From Candidatus Saccharimonadota bacterium (GTDB taxonomy: Bacteria > Patescibacteriota > Gracilibacteria > UBA1369 > 2-02-FULL-48-14): a stretch of DNA of 32,000 bases. The notes beneath the pieces were generated by a model. The model was not told the DNA's origin and did no database searches. It saw nothing but the letters and a program-made list of their open reading frames with translations. This document shows, one piece after another, positions 17,504 through 25,616 of the stretch. Where the stretch lies: NCBI GenBank assembly GCA_041661045.1, contig JBAZVE010000001.1, positions 420,001 to 452,000 of the forward strand, in the 5' to 3' direction. A program made the position numbers and the translations under genes. How positions within the stretch are numbered: the stretch's first letter is position 1; every line of letters begins with the position of its first letter.

Positions 17504-18268
17504 ATGAGGAATCTAAAAATTGGCTCCATTGGGGCGCAGGGCCACATGGGTAAAGCTTTCGGAAACCGTTTTAGAGAAATACAAAAGCAAGGGCTCTTGG
17601 AAGGCTGGGAACTGCATGAATCCACCGGCCACGATAATGTGAAGCTGGCACGCACTGTGGATCTTTTAGCCTTAATGGTTAGGCCCGACCGCGTGGTGGA
17701 GGCTCTTGCGGGCGTACAAGGAGCTACTCGCGAAGGGGCCGGCCTCCTCTCTTTTGCGGGAGCGGTGCCTTTGGACTTTTTGCAGTCTCGTTTCAATGGA
17801 GAGGTGGGGCGAGCCATGGCGGATCTCAACTTTGAACAAGCCATGCGCTGCGGGGGTGATGAGCGCATGAAAACTCTAATGGATGCGCTGAGCGAAGATG
17901 AGTGTTTGGAGACGGCGGATGAATTTGCCGTGGACCAACACACTACGCTGGTGGCCTGCAACCCGGGTATCAGCGCGTGGCATTTTTTGAAGAATGAGGC
18001 CCGAGCGGAGGCGTGGCTCAGGGCTCACAATGAACTCACTCATGAAATGCTGGGTGTGTCTCGGGATGCCATGCAACGGCTTCAAGCCAGAGTGCTGCGC
18101 GAAGGAAACTTTGCAGCGAAAATTAAGGAAGTGGCCACTAAGGGTGGCGTCACTGAAGCGATGGTGAACGCTTTGGAAGCGGCCCAGGGCGATGTGACTA
18201 TTTGCGACCTATTTCAAGTGGGCATGGACAAAATTGCCGAGGCAGACGAGAAGTTCCAAGGCCACTAA
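17504..18268 (+). CDS. pyrroline-5-carboxylate reductase-like oxidoreductase (divergent ProC)
   Basis: 254 aa. KIGSIGAQGHMGKAF aligns with ProC KIGFIGCGNMGKAI. DLLALMVRPDRVVEAL aligns with DIIFAAVKPGIM. VATKGGVTEAMVNALE aligns with CSPGGTTIEAVRVLE. The match is divergent, so the function is tentative. Confidence 0.55.
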   Translation: MRNLKIGSIGAQGHMGKAFGNRFREIQKQGLLEGWELHESTGHDNVKLARTVDLLALMVRPDRVVEALAGVQGATREGAGLLSFAGAVPLDFLQSRFNGEVGRAMADLNFEQAMRCGGDERMKTLMDALSEDECLETADEFAVDQHTTLVACNPGISAWHFLKNEARAEAWLRAHNELTHEMLGVSRDAMQRLQARVLREGNFAAKIKEVATKGGVTEAMVNALEAAQGDVTICDLFQVGMDKIAEADEKFQGH

Positions 18269-18330
18269 GATTTCACCTTGTCGGCTGCAACCTGTGTGAG
18301 TTCCTCCACTTGCGCGGTTGCAGCGATGAG
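18265..18330 (-). pseudogene. vapC (PIN toxin) 3-prime gene fragment
   Basis: The minus strand reads LIAATAQVEELTQVAADKVKS*, compared with intact VapC LIAATAQVEGLTLVTADKDF. About 43 of 54 nt are identical to 19766-19713 by hand alignment. No N-terminal part is present. Confidence 0.6.
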
Positions 18331-18335
18331 TTTTT

Positions 18336-19061
18336 TTATTCCACGGCGTAGGCCACACGAATATTGGCGCCTTCCTGTTTGATTTTGCGAATGGTCATGT
18401 GCCCAAGGTCGCCCATTTGATCCACATGCGTGCCGCCGCAAGGAACGCCGAAATCACCGTAATAAACAATGCGCAGGGGTTTGCCGGGACTCAACGAGGG
18501 CGGGACTTGAAAGCCACGGTTTTGAAGTTCCTCGGCAGACACAAATTCAATGCGCGTTGGAATGTTTTCTTGAATGATTTCATTGCAAGTTTTTTCAATT
18601 TCAGTGAGAAGTTCCTCTTTGTTCATTCCTTCCAAGCTACCCTCGTATTCAATATACGGTCCATCGGGGAAGTGGTAGCCTTTGCCCGGAATCCAATCGA
18701 TGTTCAGCCGTTTGAGCGCCAGATCCACGACATGCCCGCCGGAGTGGAGGCGGCGATGCAGGGCACGGCGACTTGGCTCAATGTGAAGTGAAACGGCATC
18801 GCCTTCGGCAAAGCGTCCGGATGTGAAATGCCCGATGTGTTTGATGAGGCCATCCAAATAACGCACTTCGTCCACCTCAAATGAGGCGGCGGCGGAAGTG
18901 ATGCTGCCTTTGTCGTAAGGTTGGCCGCCGCCTTGAGCGTAAAAAAGAGTTCGATCAAGAAAGACGATAGTCTTCCCTTCACTGTCCAGCACGGATTGGA
19001 CCGTAGCTGTGCCTTCGGTGGCCGCCATGTCAGACATGTAAAGCAGTTCAGTGGGTTCCAT
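18336..19061 (-). CDS. alaX: alanyl-tRNA editing protein AlaX (AlaX-M type)
   Basis: 241 aa with the HxxxH (HSGGH) and CxxxH (CGGTH) zinc motifs of the Ala/Thr-tRNA synthetase editing/SAD domain. Confidence 0.85.
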   Translation of the reverse strand: MEPTELLYMSDMAATEGTATVQSVLDSEGKTIVFLDRTLFYAQGGGQPYDKGSITSAAASFEVDEVRYLDGLIKHIGHFTSGRFAEGDAVSLHIEPSRRALHRRLHSGGHVVDLALKRLNIDWIPGKGYHFPDGPYIEYEGSLEGMNKEELLTEIEKTCNEIIQENIPTRIEFVSAEELQNRGFQVPPSLSPGKPLRIVYYGDFGVPCGGTHVDQMGDLGHMTIRKIKQEGANIRVAYAVE

Positions 19062-19175
19062 AAGGAGTCGGTTTATGTGAACTTAATCATATTGTTTCTT
19101 GATTTGTTTGTGAAGCTAAGCTTAACGGTTGCAGCCCAATCGGGTGTATAGTGAACCCACTTGATCCCATCGCTT

Positions 19176-19658
19176 ATGAAAACTCTTTTCACCTTTGGAC
19201 TTGGTGCTTTACTTTTGTTTTTTCTCGCGGCTTGTTCGGCTGTCCCCGCACCCAGATCCACCGATTTTTCAGTACGACTCTCCTACACGGAAACCGAGGT
19301 CGGAGAGGATGGCCACTCCACCACGCGCCGTTTATTCATCGAAGACGATAAGTTCACCTACTCCTCCGGAGATTGGGAAGAATCCTTCATTTTAGTTGAA
19401 GATAAACTGCAGGCCATCACTTTGCTGATTCGGGAAAATGGCTTGATGGTGTCCCGCGAAGCCACGATTTCTTCCGGAAATCCGTTGAAGAGTTTTGATA
19501 TTACTTGGGACTTTATTTTGCAAGGACAAAGCTCCATTGGGCATCTGATTGGAGAGCCTGGGGAAGCGGGGGAGGTGATGGGTGAAACGCCGCTGCCCGA
19601 CGAGGGCGTCTTCGCGGTAGAAACGCTGTTTGACTACATAGAAGACGAAGTGCTGTAG
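19176..19658 (+). CDS. lipoprotein, unknown function
   Basis: MKTLFTFGLGALLLFFLAACSA is a signal peptide with a lipobox. ATG 19176 is preferred over the TTG at 19161. Confidence 0.7.
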   Translation: MKTLFTFGLGALLLFFLAACSAVPAPRSTDFSVRLSYTETEVGEDGHSTTRRLFIEDDKFTYSSGDWEESFILVEDKLQAITLLIRENGLMVSREATISSGNPLKSFDITWDFILQGQSSIGHLIGEPGEAGEVMGETPLPDEGVFAVETLFDYIEDEVL

Positions 19659-19666
19659 CAAAGAAA

Positions 19667-20038
19667 TCAGGCACGGATCAAGTTCACTTTGAGCCCTTTG
19701 ATTTTCTTGAAATCCTTGTCCGCGGTGACCAGGGTGAGCCCCTCCACTTGCGCGGTCGCGGCGATAAGGAGATCTTTGAATTTGAGCTTGTACTGTTTTT
19801 GGAGTTTTACTGCCGCTTCGACGATTTCCAGACGAATATCCAAGGGTGCTGTCTCTTTCAACTTGCTTCTTATCTCCTTTTCCTCCGCTTCACTACGGGC
19901 TCCGACCAAGAACTCAAAATGTGAGATCACGCTTGTAAAAAAATACTCTCGATGAAGGCTGAGCAGAGTACTTGCAATACTTTCTCGCCCTTCAAAGAGA
20001 TAAATGAGGATGTTCGTGTCTAAAATATATTCTTCCAT
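19667..20038 (-). CDS. vapC: PIN-domain toxin VapC
   Basis: 123 aa with N-terminal ILDTNILIY (catalytic Asp) and C-terminal LIAATAQVEGLTLVTADKDF. Confidence 0.88.
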   Translation of the reverse strand: MEEYILDTNILIYLFEGRESIASTLLSLHREYFFTSVISHFEFLVGARSEAEEKEIRSKLKETAPLDIRLEIVEAAVKLQKQYKLKFKDLLIAATAQVEGLTLVTADKDFKKIKGLKVNLIRA

Positions 20039-20277
20039 CAGATGTAGTCAAAAAGATCGGCCTCCGGCCTTTTAATTCCCTTTATGGGATGTTTTTGAAT
20101 GTCTTCCAACAGTCGCTCAAAAGGCGTTTTGGCTCGCTTCCGCTTCCTCAGTTTGATTTCGAGCATGTGATCTTCGTCCAATTTCACTTCAATCATGTCC
20201 ACTTTCTTTTGAAGCAGTTTGTTCTTTAAAGCCTTGTAGTTGCGGAGCAATTCGCGATTGGTAATAACGAGGTTCAT
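20038..20277 (-). CDS. VapB-type antitoxin
   Basis: 79-aa ORF immediately upstream of vapC with a 1-nt TGATG stop/start overlap. Confidence 0.65.
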   Translation of the reverse strand: MNLVITNRELLRNYKALKNKLLQKKVDMIEVKLDEDHMLEIKLRKRKRAKTPFERLLEDIQKHPIKGIKRPEADLFDYI

Positions 20278-20309
20278 GCCCCCATGCTAGCATTTGTCTG
20301 ACAAAAGTG

Positions 20310-21116
20310 TCAAACAAGTTGAGAGAGCACCGCGTCAAAACTGCTGTCCCAATTGACCAGCGTTTTCCCGGTCATATCGCCTTCGGCGAGACGGAATTTT
20401 GGTGTGGCCGATTCTGTTTGTGCAGCGAGATAAAACTTTTTCCCATTTTGAAGGGTGAGCTCGTAGGCCTCCAAACCCAGATGGGGGAGGCTTTTGTCCT
20501 CCAACATGAACCCAGCGATTTTCCCGAGCTTGAGTCCCTCGTCCAAATTGGCCCGAAGCGGTTTATCGCCTCGGCTGGAATCCACTTCTCTCATAAGAAC
20601 CATTCTGGAACTCTCTGCTTTTTTTGTGACTGCAGGCGCCCCCGGGATATTGTCTTCCACTTCAAGGCTCGCGATTTGATAATTCGGAGTTCCGTTTTTC
20701 ATTGTCTTCCGCATCAAGGTGACTTTGTTTCCAAAAATACTCAATTCGTCCCCAGGATTCAGCTGAGGATTTGCTTCGTGCAGCTTACGAATCAACTGCG
20801 CGGAAACCGCCAGACTGGCGGACAGGGCATCCTGATCGGAGTAGCCGCCCACTTCCTGATAATATCGTTTCACCAAAAACGAGAGCCCGCGGTCGCCTTT
20901 TTGAGGATCAAAACGCAAATGAGCCCTCCCCGTTTCCTGAGTGGGCAGTGCAAGTGGAACGCTTTTTTTACGAAGCATCTCAAGCTTTGTGGCCGCCTTT
21001 TCAATGGGATCTGCTGAAGTGAAAAGGCTGTTTTCTACGGCGTTCAGGTGCTCGGAAGAAGGCATGGTGGCGTGAATAAATCCTTTAATTATACAATATA
21101 TGTGTTGTTTTGCCAA
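20310..21116 (-). CDS. hypothetical protein
   Basis: 268-aa ORF with normal protein composition. The opposite-strand 236-aa ORF is Cys/His/Phe-rich and was rejected. The start may be ATG 21065 (MPSSEHL). No motif recognised. Confidence 0.6.
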   Translation of the reverse strand: MAKQHIYCIIKGFIHATMPSSEHLNAVENSLFTSADPIEKAATKLEMLRKKSVPLALPTQETGRAHLRFDPQKGDRGLSFLVKRYYQEVGGYSDQDALSASLAVSAQLIRKLHEANPQLNPGDELSIFGNKVTLMRKTMKNGTPNYQIASLEVEDNIPGAPAVTKKAESSRMVLMREVDSSRGDKPLRANLDEGLKLGKIAGFMLEDKSLPHLGLEAYELTLQNGKKFYLAAQTESATPKFRLAEGDMTGKTLVNWDSSFDAVLSQLV

Positions 21117-21166
21117 GGGCTTGCCGGTTCTTTCAACACTTTGGGTAAATCAAGGAGTTCGCAAAA

Positions 21167-21220
21167 ACATATGTGCGCACGCACAGATTTTTCTTCGATC
21201 GTTGTTTATGCGAACTTATT
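21167..21220 (-). repeat. 54-nt double-hairpin repeat, copy 2 (degenerate, intergenic)
   Basis: TGTGCGCACGCACAGATTTT (21172-21191) is identical to 27801-27820. About 37 of 54 nt match the dxr copy overall, and the hairpin-1 half has decayed. It overlaps the stop codon of the 335-aa gene. Confidence 0.7.
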
Positions 21221-22223
21221 GAACTTCACCCACTATGAGGGAAAGGTCTTCTCTAATAGCGCCAGTCCAGTACTTTAAATCTTCTGGAGAGATCCCGTCT
21301 CCCAGCCTTCGGTATACCCCTGTCTGGAGCTCGCGGTTGAGAGTGAGTTCCCTCTCGGTTTCAGGTCCAATGTTCCCTATGAAGACAAAGCCGTGTCTCT
21401 TATCTTCTTCGCTCAGAGCCCCTGCTCGTGCTTTGGCGGATTCAATGGCCTTATCCCAACTGTCATAAGGCCCATAATGATTGAAGAATCTGGAGCAGCT
21501 CTTGTCTTCTTTATCTGGGAACAGATCCGTACAGTCTGTACTTTGGAGTGCGGCCAAATATATGTCTTCTGTTTCTCTATAGTCGGGGTCCGCGAGCATT
21601 GCGGCGTAGTCTTCCGCTGCTTGGAGCCAAACTGCGACTTGTCCTTTTTCTTCGGGAGAATAGGCCTTAAGATGGGCTTCAACATGGGGCCTTGCCCAAG
21701 CCCAGAGCTCTTCCTGTTTCTCGCGATCATGCCCCACTCCACCTTTTGCAAGTCCGTAGGATATACCGACTCCCGGGCCTTTGATTGAAAGATCTTGCCC
21801 CTTTGTGAAGTCTTCGCGCCGGGTGCTATCTAGAACTGCTGTGACCATTTCATGCCACTCCACTGAATCGGGAGTGAGGATGGTTTTTCCCCCACTATTT
21901 GTCTTTACTCGTGGCTTGTCCACCTTCGGAGCTGGCATGAAGTCCTTTACGCCGTCGCAATCGTCGTCTTTCCCATTGGGGTCGATATCTGCTTGGGAAG
22001 GGTTGATCAATGGATCGGCATCATTACAGTCCCCCGGCTGTTTTGCGAGCCGCCCCGTATGCTTTCTCACTTCACCTACTGTTTCTATTCTGTCTCCAGT
22101 CCCATATCCATCCTGATCTGCGTCTAAATAAAAATTGCCTCCAGCGGCTTTAGTTTCATCAGTATCTGAGCAGGCGGGCCCGGACAGTGTTGCCATGAAC
22201 AGGGCAGCTTGGGCTAATTTCAT
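21216..22223 (-). CDS. secreted protein with MopE-like putative metal-binding motif
   Basis: N-terminal signal-like MKLAQAALFMATLSGPACSD. DADQDGYG...DCNDADPLINP...DDDCDG fits the putative metal-binding motif (PF11617-like). The C-terminal 220 aa are unassigned. Confidence 0.6.
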   Translation of the reverse strand: MKLAQAALFMATLSGPACSDTDETKAAGGNFYLDADQDGYGTGDRIETVGEVRKHTGRLAKQPGDCNDADPLINPSQADIDPNGKDDDCDGVKDFMPAPKVDKPRVKTNSGGKTILTPDSVEWHEMVTAVLDSTRREDFTKGQDLSIKGPGVGISYGLAKGGVGHDREKQEELWAWARPHVEAHLKAYSPEEKGQVAVWLQAAEDYAAMLADPDYRETEDIYLAALQSTDCTDLFPDKEDKSCSRFFNHYGPYDSWDKAIESAKARAGALSEEDKRHGFVFIGNIGPETERELTLNRELQTGVYRRLGDGISPEDLKYWTGAIREDLSLIVGEVQ

Positions 22224-22293
22224 AAGAATGAATGGGGAATAAAACGAGTTGCTAGTTTGGCATGTTAAGCCCAGTCTGTCAAGTTCTTGCCCC

Positions 22294-22321
22294 TTGCCGA
22301 AGATGAGGGATCTTCTAGTAT
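22294..22321 (+). promoter_or_regulatory. promoter of recR (leaderless configuration)
   Basis: TTGCCG (22294-22299), 16 nt, TAGTAT (22316-22321), 6 nt, ATG 22328. Confidence 0.4.
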
Positions 22322-22327
22322 AGGCGC

Positions 22328-22936
22328 ATGGATTTCCTCCCCGAATCGATTGTGCGGCTTATAGAAGAGTTTCAGCAGCTCCCGGGCATTGGGCCCAAGA
22401 GTGCGCAGCGCTTGGCTTTTCATCTTTTAAAAGCTTCGGATGGGCGGCTGGAGGGGTTTGGGGCGGCGGTGAAGGGTCTAAAAGACGGCGTTGTAAGTTG
22501 TTCCACCTGTTTTTCACTCACCACGGAAAACCCGTGCCGCATTTGCAGTGATGCGCGGCGCGATCAGGGAGTTTTGTGTGTGGTGGAAAGCACGCTCGAT
22601 TTGATCGCTATAGAAAAAACCGGGGAGTACCGCGGACTGTATCATGTGCTGCAAGGCAAACTTTCGCCTTTGGATGGGATTGGGCCGGAGGATTTGCGGG
22701 CTTTTGAACTTTTTGAGCGCGTTTCAGCAGAGGGGAGCACTGTGCGAGAAGTGATTTTGGCTCTCAACCCGGATCTGGAAGGAGACACCACGGCTTTATT
22801 TTTACGACAAAAACTGACGAGTTGGGGGGAGCTGGCCGTGTCCCGCATTGCGCGCGGCATTCCGAGCGGCGGAAATTTGGAATACACCGATGACGCTACT
22901 CTGATTCGGGCAATGCAGGGAAGGCAGAGTATGTGA
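22328..22936 (+). CDS. recR: recombination protein RecR
   Basis: HhH segment LPGIGPKSAQRLAFHLL, C4 zinc finger CSTC..CRIC, Toprim domain. 202 aa. Confidence 0.95.
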   Translation: MDFLPESIVRLIEEFQQLPGIGPKSAQRLAFHLLKASDGRLEGFGAAVKGLKDGVVSCSTCFSLTTENPCRICSDARRDQGVLCVVESTLDLIAIEKTGEYRGLYHVLQGKLSPLDGIGPEDLRAFELFERVSAEGSTVREVILALNPDLEGDTTALFLRQKLTSWGELAVSRIARGIPSGGNLEYTDDATLIRAMQGRQSM

Positions 22937-23546
22937 GGCTCATGGGGCGCCCAAGGAAGTCACAGAGTTGTTTCCCTATCGCCCTACCGGCCTCTAAGCG
23001 GCGGTACTCAGGAGGAACGATAAGAAGATCTGCATCAAAGCGCGTTGTGATGTTACCAATGGTGGAGGCGGTTCGTGCGGAGATATTGCGAATCTCAGCC
23101 ATCTGCAAGTCGTCTCCGTCATATCCTGCAAGGAAATTCTGAAGCTCTGTTTGTACTGCCAAGGTTTTTCGTACCCCAAGATAGAGTTCTACTGCCCTTT
23201 TCACAACCATCATTGGAGTGCTGGAAAGGATGCGCCACTCTGGGTTACTCCCACCAGGAAGATCTAAGTTCCAGAGCCTGTCCACTTCGGCATTCAGTCC
23301 ACTGAACCTCACTCCATCCGTCTGCGTGGGGATACGCCACTCGATTTTGCTTAAATGGGGTTCTTTAAGTCTATTTAGAAAGATCTGAGTGGCTTGGATC
23401 CTTTCCCTCTGCTCCTCGGGTGAGTCATAGGTAAAAAGTAGCCCCCGCACGATATCTATCAAGTCCTCGAGCTCCGGCGCCGTTACGGGTCTTAATGGGC
23501 CGAGAGTGGCGTACACGGATGGGACATAGTGGACGGTTTCTCTCAT
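22896..23546 (-). CDS. hypothetical protein
   Basis: 216-aa ORF with no recognisable motif. It has a 41-nt convergent overlap with the recR 3-prime end. Confidence 0.5.
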   Translation of the reverse strand: MRETVHYVPSVYATLGPLRPVTAPELEDLIDIVRGLLFTYDSPEEQRERIQATQIFLNRLKEPHLSKIEWRIPTQTDGVRFSGLNAEVDRLWNLDLPGGSNPEWRILSSTPMMVVKRAVELYLGVRKTLAVQTELQNFLAGYDGDDLQMAEIRNISARTASTIGNITTRFDADLLIVPPEYRRLEAGRAIGKQLCDFLGRPMSLTYSAFPALPESE

Positions 23547-23583
23547 TGCTCTTGGTGTTCGGGCCTGGAATCATCCGCCAATT

Positions 23584-24333
23584 TCATTGTTTTGGCAAGC
23601 CCGTCTGCAGATGAACGAAGGCCCCACCGGAACCGGTGAGCACCGTGGTGGGATTTTTGAAAGAGAGGTCCGAGAAAATTTGTTCAAAGTCGTTGTGGAG
23701 GGGGAAGGGGAGATCGAGGGCTGAGAGGGTGGCGAGACCCGGCGCGGTGGATTTGAGGCCGAGGCGGTCCCATTTTGCAAAGGCTTCTTTGGTGGAAACG
23801 GGAATGCCGGTGAAGCCCACTTCGAGGTGGAGGGCGGGCGGAAGTGGGGGGAGGGGGGCGAGGATTTCGCCGTAATGGGTTCCGCGAGCCACGGCGAATC
23901 CGGAAAGAAAAAAGGGTACATCCATGCCGATTTGCATTCCAAGTTCCAGAAGCGTTTGCGCGGAGAGATTGAGGTTTTCGTGGGTGTTGAGATAGAGGAG
24001 CAGGGCGGCCGCGTCGCTGGAGGCACCGCCGAGCCCGGACTGGATCGGAATGTTTTTGTGGACCGTGATGGTGTACGAGTAAACGCGGCCCGTGTGCGCT
24101 TCAAGAACGCGGAGCGCTTTTATAAGTGTGTTGTCTTCGGGATCGATGCCGTCTGCCGGGATGAAACGGATGTCGCTTGCGTGGCCCACGAGGGGCGCGG
24201 TTTCGATTTCAATTTCGTCTTGCAGGGCTTCGTAGCGCGCATACACCGTGTCCAGTTCGTGGTAGCCCGAAGCGTCCTTGCCCAGAATGGCGAGGTACAG
24301 GTTCACTTTGGCGGGGGCGAAAATTGTGGTCAT
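23584..24333 (-). CDS. ispE: 4-diphosphocytidyl-2-C-methyl-D-erythritol kinase
   Basis: GHMP kinase with N-terminus APAKVNLYLAILGK and ATP motif PIQSGLGGASSDAAA. Confidence 0.92.
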   Translation of the reverse strand: MTTIFAPAKVNLYLAILGKDASGYHELDTVYARYEALQDEIEIETAPLVGHASDIRFIPADGIDPEDNTLIKALRVLEAHTGRVYSYTITVHKNIPIQSGLGGASSDAAALLLYLNTHENLNLSAQTLLELGMQIGMDVPFFLSGFAVARGTHYGEILAPLPPLPPALHLEVGFTGIPVSTKEAFAKWDRLGLKSTAPGLATLSALDLPFPLHNDFEQIFSDLSFKNPTTVLTGSGGAFVHLQTGLPKQ

Positions 24334-24491
24334 TTTCTATACGCCAAGAAAAAAAATACGATGGAGGTCATGAGCGGGAGAATTGAAAAAGCTTGAAGTT
24401 CAGCGAGATGAGCGTTGTTGCTCCCCACCACCAACATTCCTACGGTGAGTATGGCTGAAAGCAGTCCGAGCTCAGGAAAATATTTTTTCAT
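24330..24491 (-). CDS. small membrane protein (53 aa), not in the ORF track
   Basis: Hand translation: MKKYFPELGLLSAILTVGMLVVGSNNAHLAELQAFSILPLMTSIVFFFLAYRK*. It has two hydrophobic helices. The ATG lies inside the last 7 codons of ispDF, and its TGA overlaps the ispE ATG as ATGA. Confidence 0.5.
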   Translation of the reverse strand: MKKYFPELGLLSAILTVGMLVVGSNNAHLAELQAFSILPLMTSIVFFFLAYRK

Positions 24492-25596
24492 GATTTGTAT
24501 GAAGCGTGACTAACGCAAGGCACCGCAGGCCCTCTCCACGGCCGAACGGAGTGAGGTCTTCGCCAGTGTGGGCGGAGATATGAATTTGAGAAGCTTCAAT
24601 CTGTAAAATCCTCCCTAGGGAGCTTTTTAAGGCCGGAGCGATGGGGTCTATTTGAGGGCGGCTGCCTTCCAAAGAGAGTGAAATGTTTTGGATGGAGATG
24701 CCCTCGAGCAGGGGCTCCAAATAATCTTGGCTGTCGAAGTTGCCCCCGAGCATGAGCGGGTCCGCCACTTCGGAAAAATTTGTCCCCTTGGCCTGAGCCA
24801 AAGCGCGGCCGATGGCGTGCAAAATAATGTCTCCGTCCGAATTGGCTTCCAGTGCCGGACAGTCGGAAATCGAGAGGCCGCCGAGTGTGAGCGTACCGGT
24901 GCCGGAGAATCGATGAGAATCTTCACCAAGAAAAGTTTGTGAGGCCCTCTCACCCTTGTCGAACATGTGCTCCAAATCTTCTTTCGTGGTGATTTTTTTG
25001 TTGTCGGGGTGGGCGGGGAGAATTTTTACGGGAATAAAGTCGAGAAGGGCGGTGCTGAGATCCGTGGAATCGGACAGTGCGCTTTTATTCAAAATATCCT
25101 GAAGAATGTCCCCACGAACGGCCTGTGGCGTTTGCATGAGACGAAGTTTTTCGCGCGGGATGCTTGCGGTATAAAATCCATTTTCCACTTCCAATACCGT
25201 GTCGACACACTCGTGTGAAACTGCCGCAGCCCCATGTATTTTGGCGGCTTCCAGCACTGCTGAAATTTCCTCGTTGGTCACAAAAGGATTCGCGGCGTTG
25301 TGATCCAGCACCACCGTGCGACTGTCCACACTTCCCACGGCCACCAGCCCTCGCTTAAATGATTCCATGCGCGTCTCTCCACCACTCACCACCTGTGTTT
25401 TTTCGTTATTCAAGAACGGCAGAAAGCGCAATTCTTCTCCCTTGGGCACCACCAGTACGATGTGGTCGATTTCCAGGTGATTTGAAAAAGTTTCATAGGC
25501 CCGCGTCCAAAGTGGCTTATTGCCCACAAGCACCCATAATTTATTTTGCCCGGCTCGCTGAGACTTCCCGGCGGCCAAAAGAATGACGGTGTTCAT
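24472..25596 (-). CDS. ispDF: bifunctional IspD/IspF (MEP cytidylyltransferase / MEcPP synthase)
   Basis: N-terminal IspD signature ILLAAGKSQRAG. The C-terminal IspF half has GEDSHRFS and SDGDIILHAIGRAL. Confidence 0.92.
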   Translation of the reverse strand: MNTVILLAAGKSQRAGQNKLWVLVGNKPLWTRAYETFSNHLEIDHIVLVVPKGEELRFLPFLNNEKTQVVSGGETRMESFKRGLVAVGSVDSRTVVLDHNAANPFVTNEEISAVLEAAKIHGAAAVSHECVDTVLEVENGFYTASIPREKLRLMQTPQAVRGDILQDILNKSALSDSTDLSTALLDFIPVKILPAHPDNKKITTKEDLEHMFDKGERASQTFLGEDSHRFSGTGTLTLGGLSISDCPALEANSDGDIILHAIGRALAQAKGTNFSEVADPLMLGGNFDSQDYLEPLLEGISIQNISLSLEGSRPQIDPIAPALKSSLGRILQIEASQIHISAHTGEDLTPFGRGEGLRCLALVTLHTNHEKIFS

Positions 25597-25616
25597 GTGG
25601 ACAAAGACTTAGAGAT

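Noticed and set aside
20307-21017. 236-aa plus-strand ORF opposite the 268-aa minus-strand ORF
   Set aside because: The plus-strand translation is Cys/His/Phe/Arg-rich and unprotein-like, whereas the minus-strand product has balanced composition. Only one can be real, and I chose the minus strand with moderate confidence.
23571-24396. 177-aa (minus, alternative frame) and 189-aa (plus) ORFs overlapping ispE
   Set aside because: The ispE GHMP-kinase motifs define the real frame. The alternatives are Pro/Ser-rich or Gly/Val-rich with no motif.
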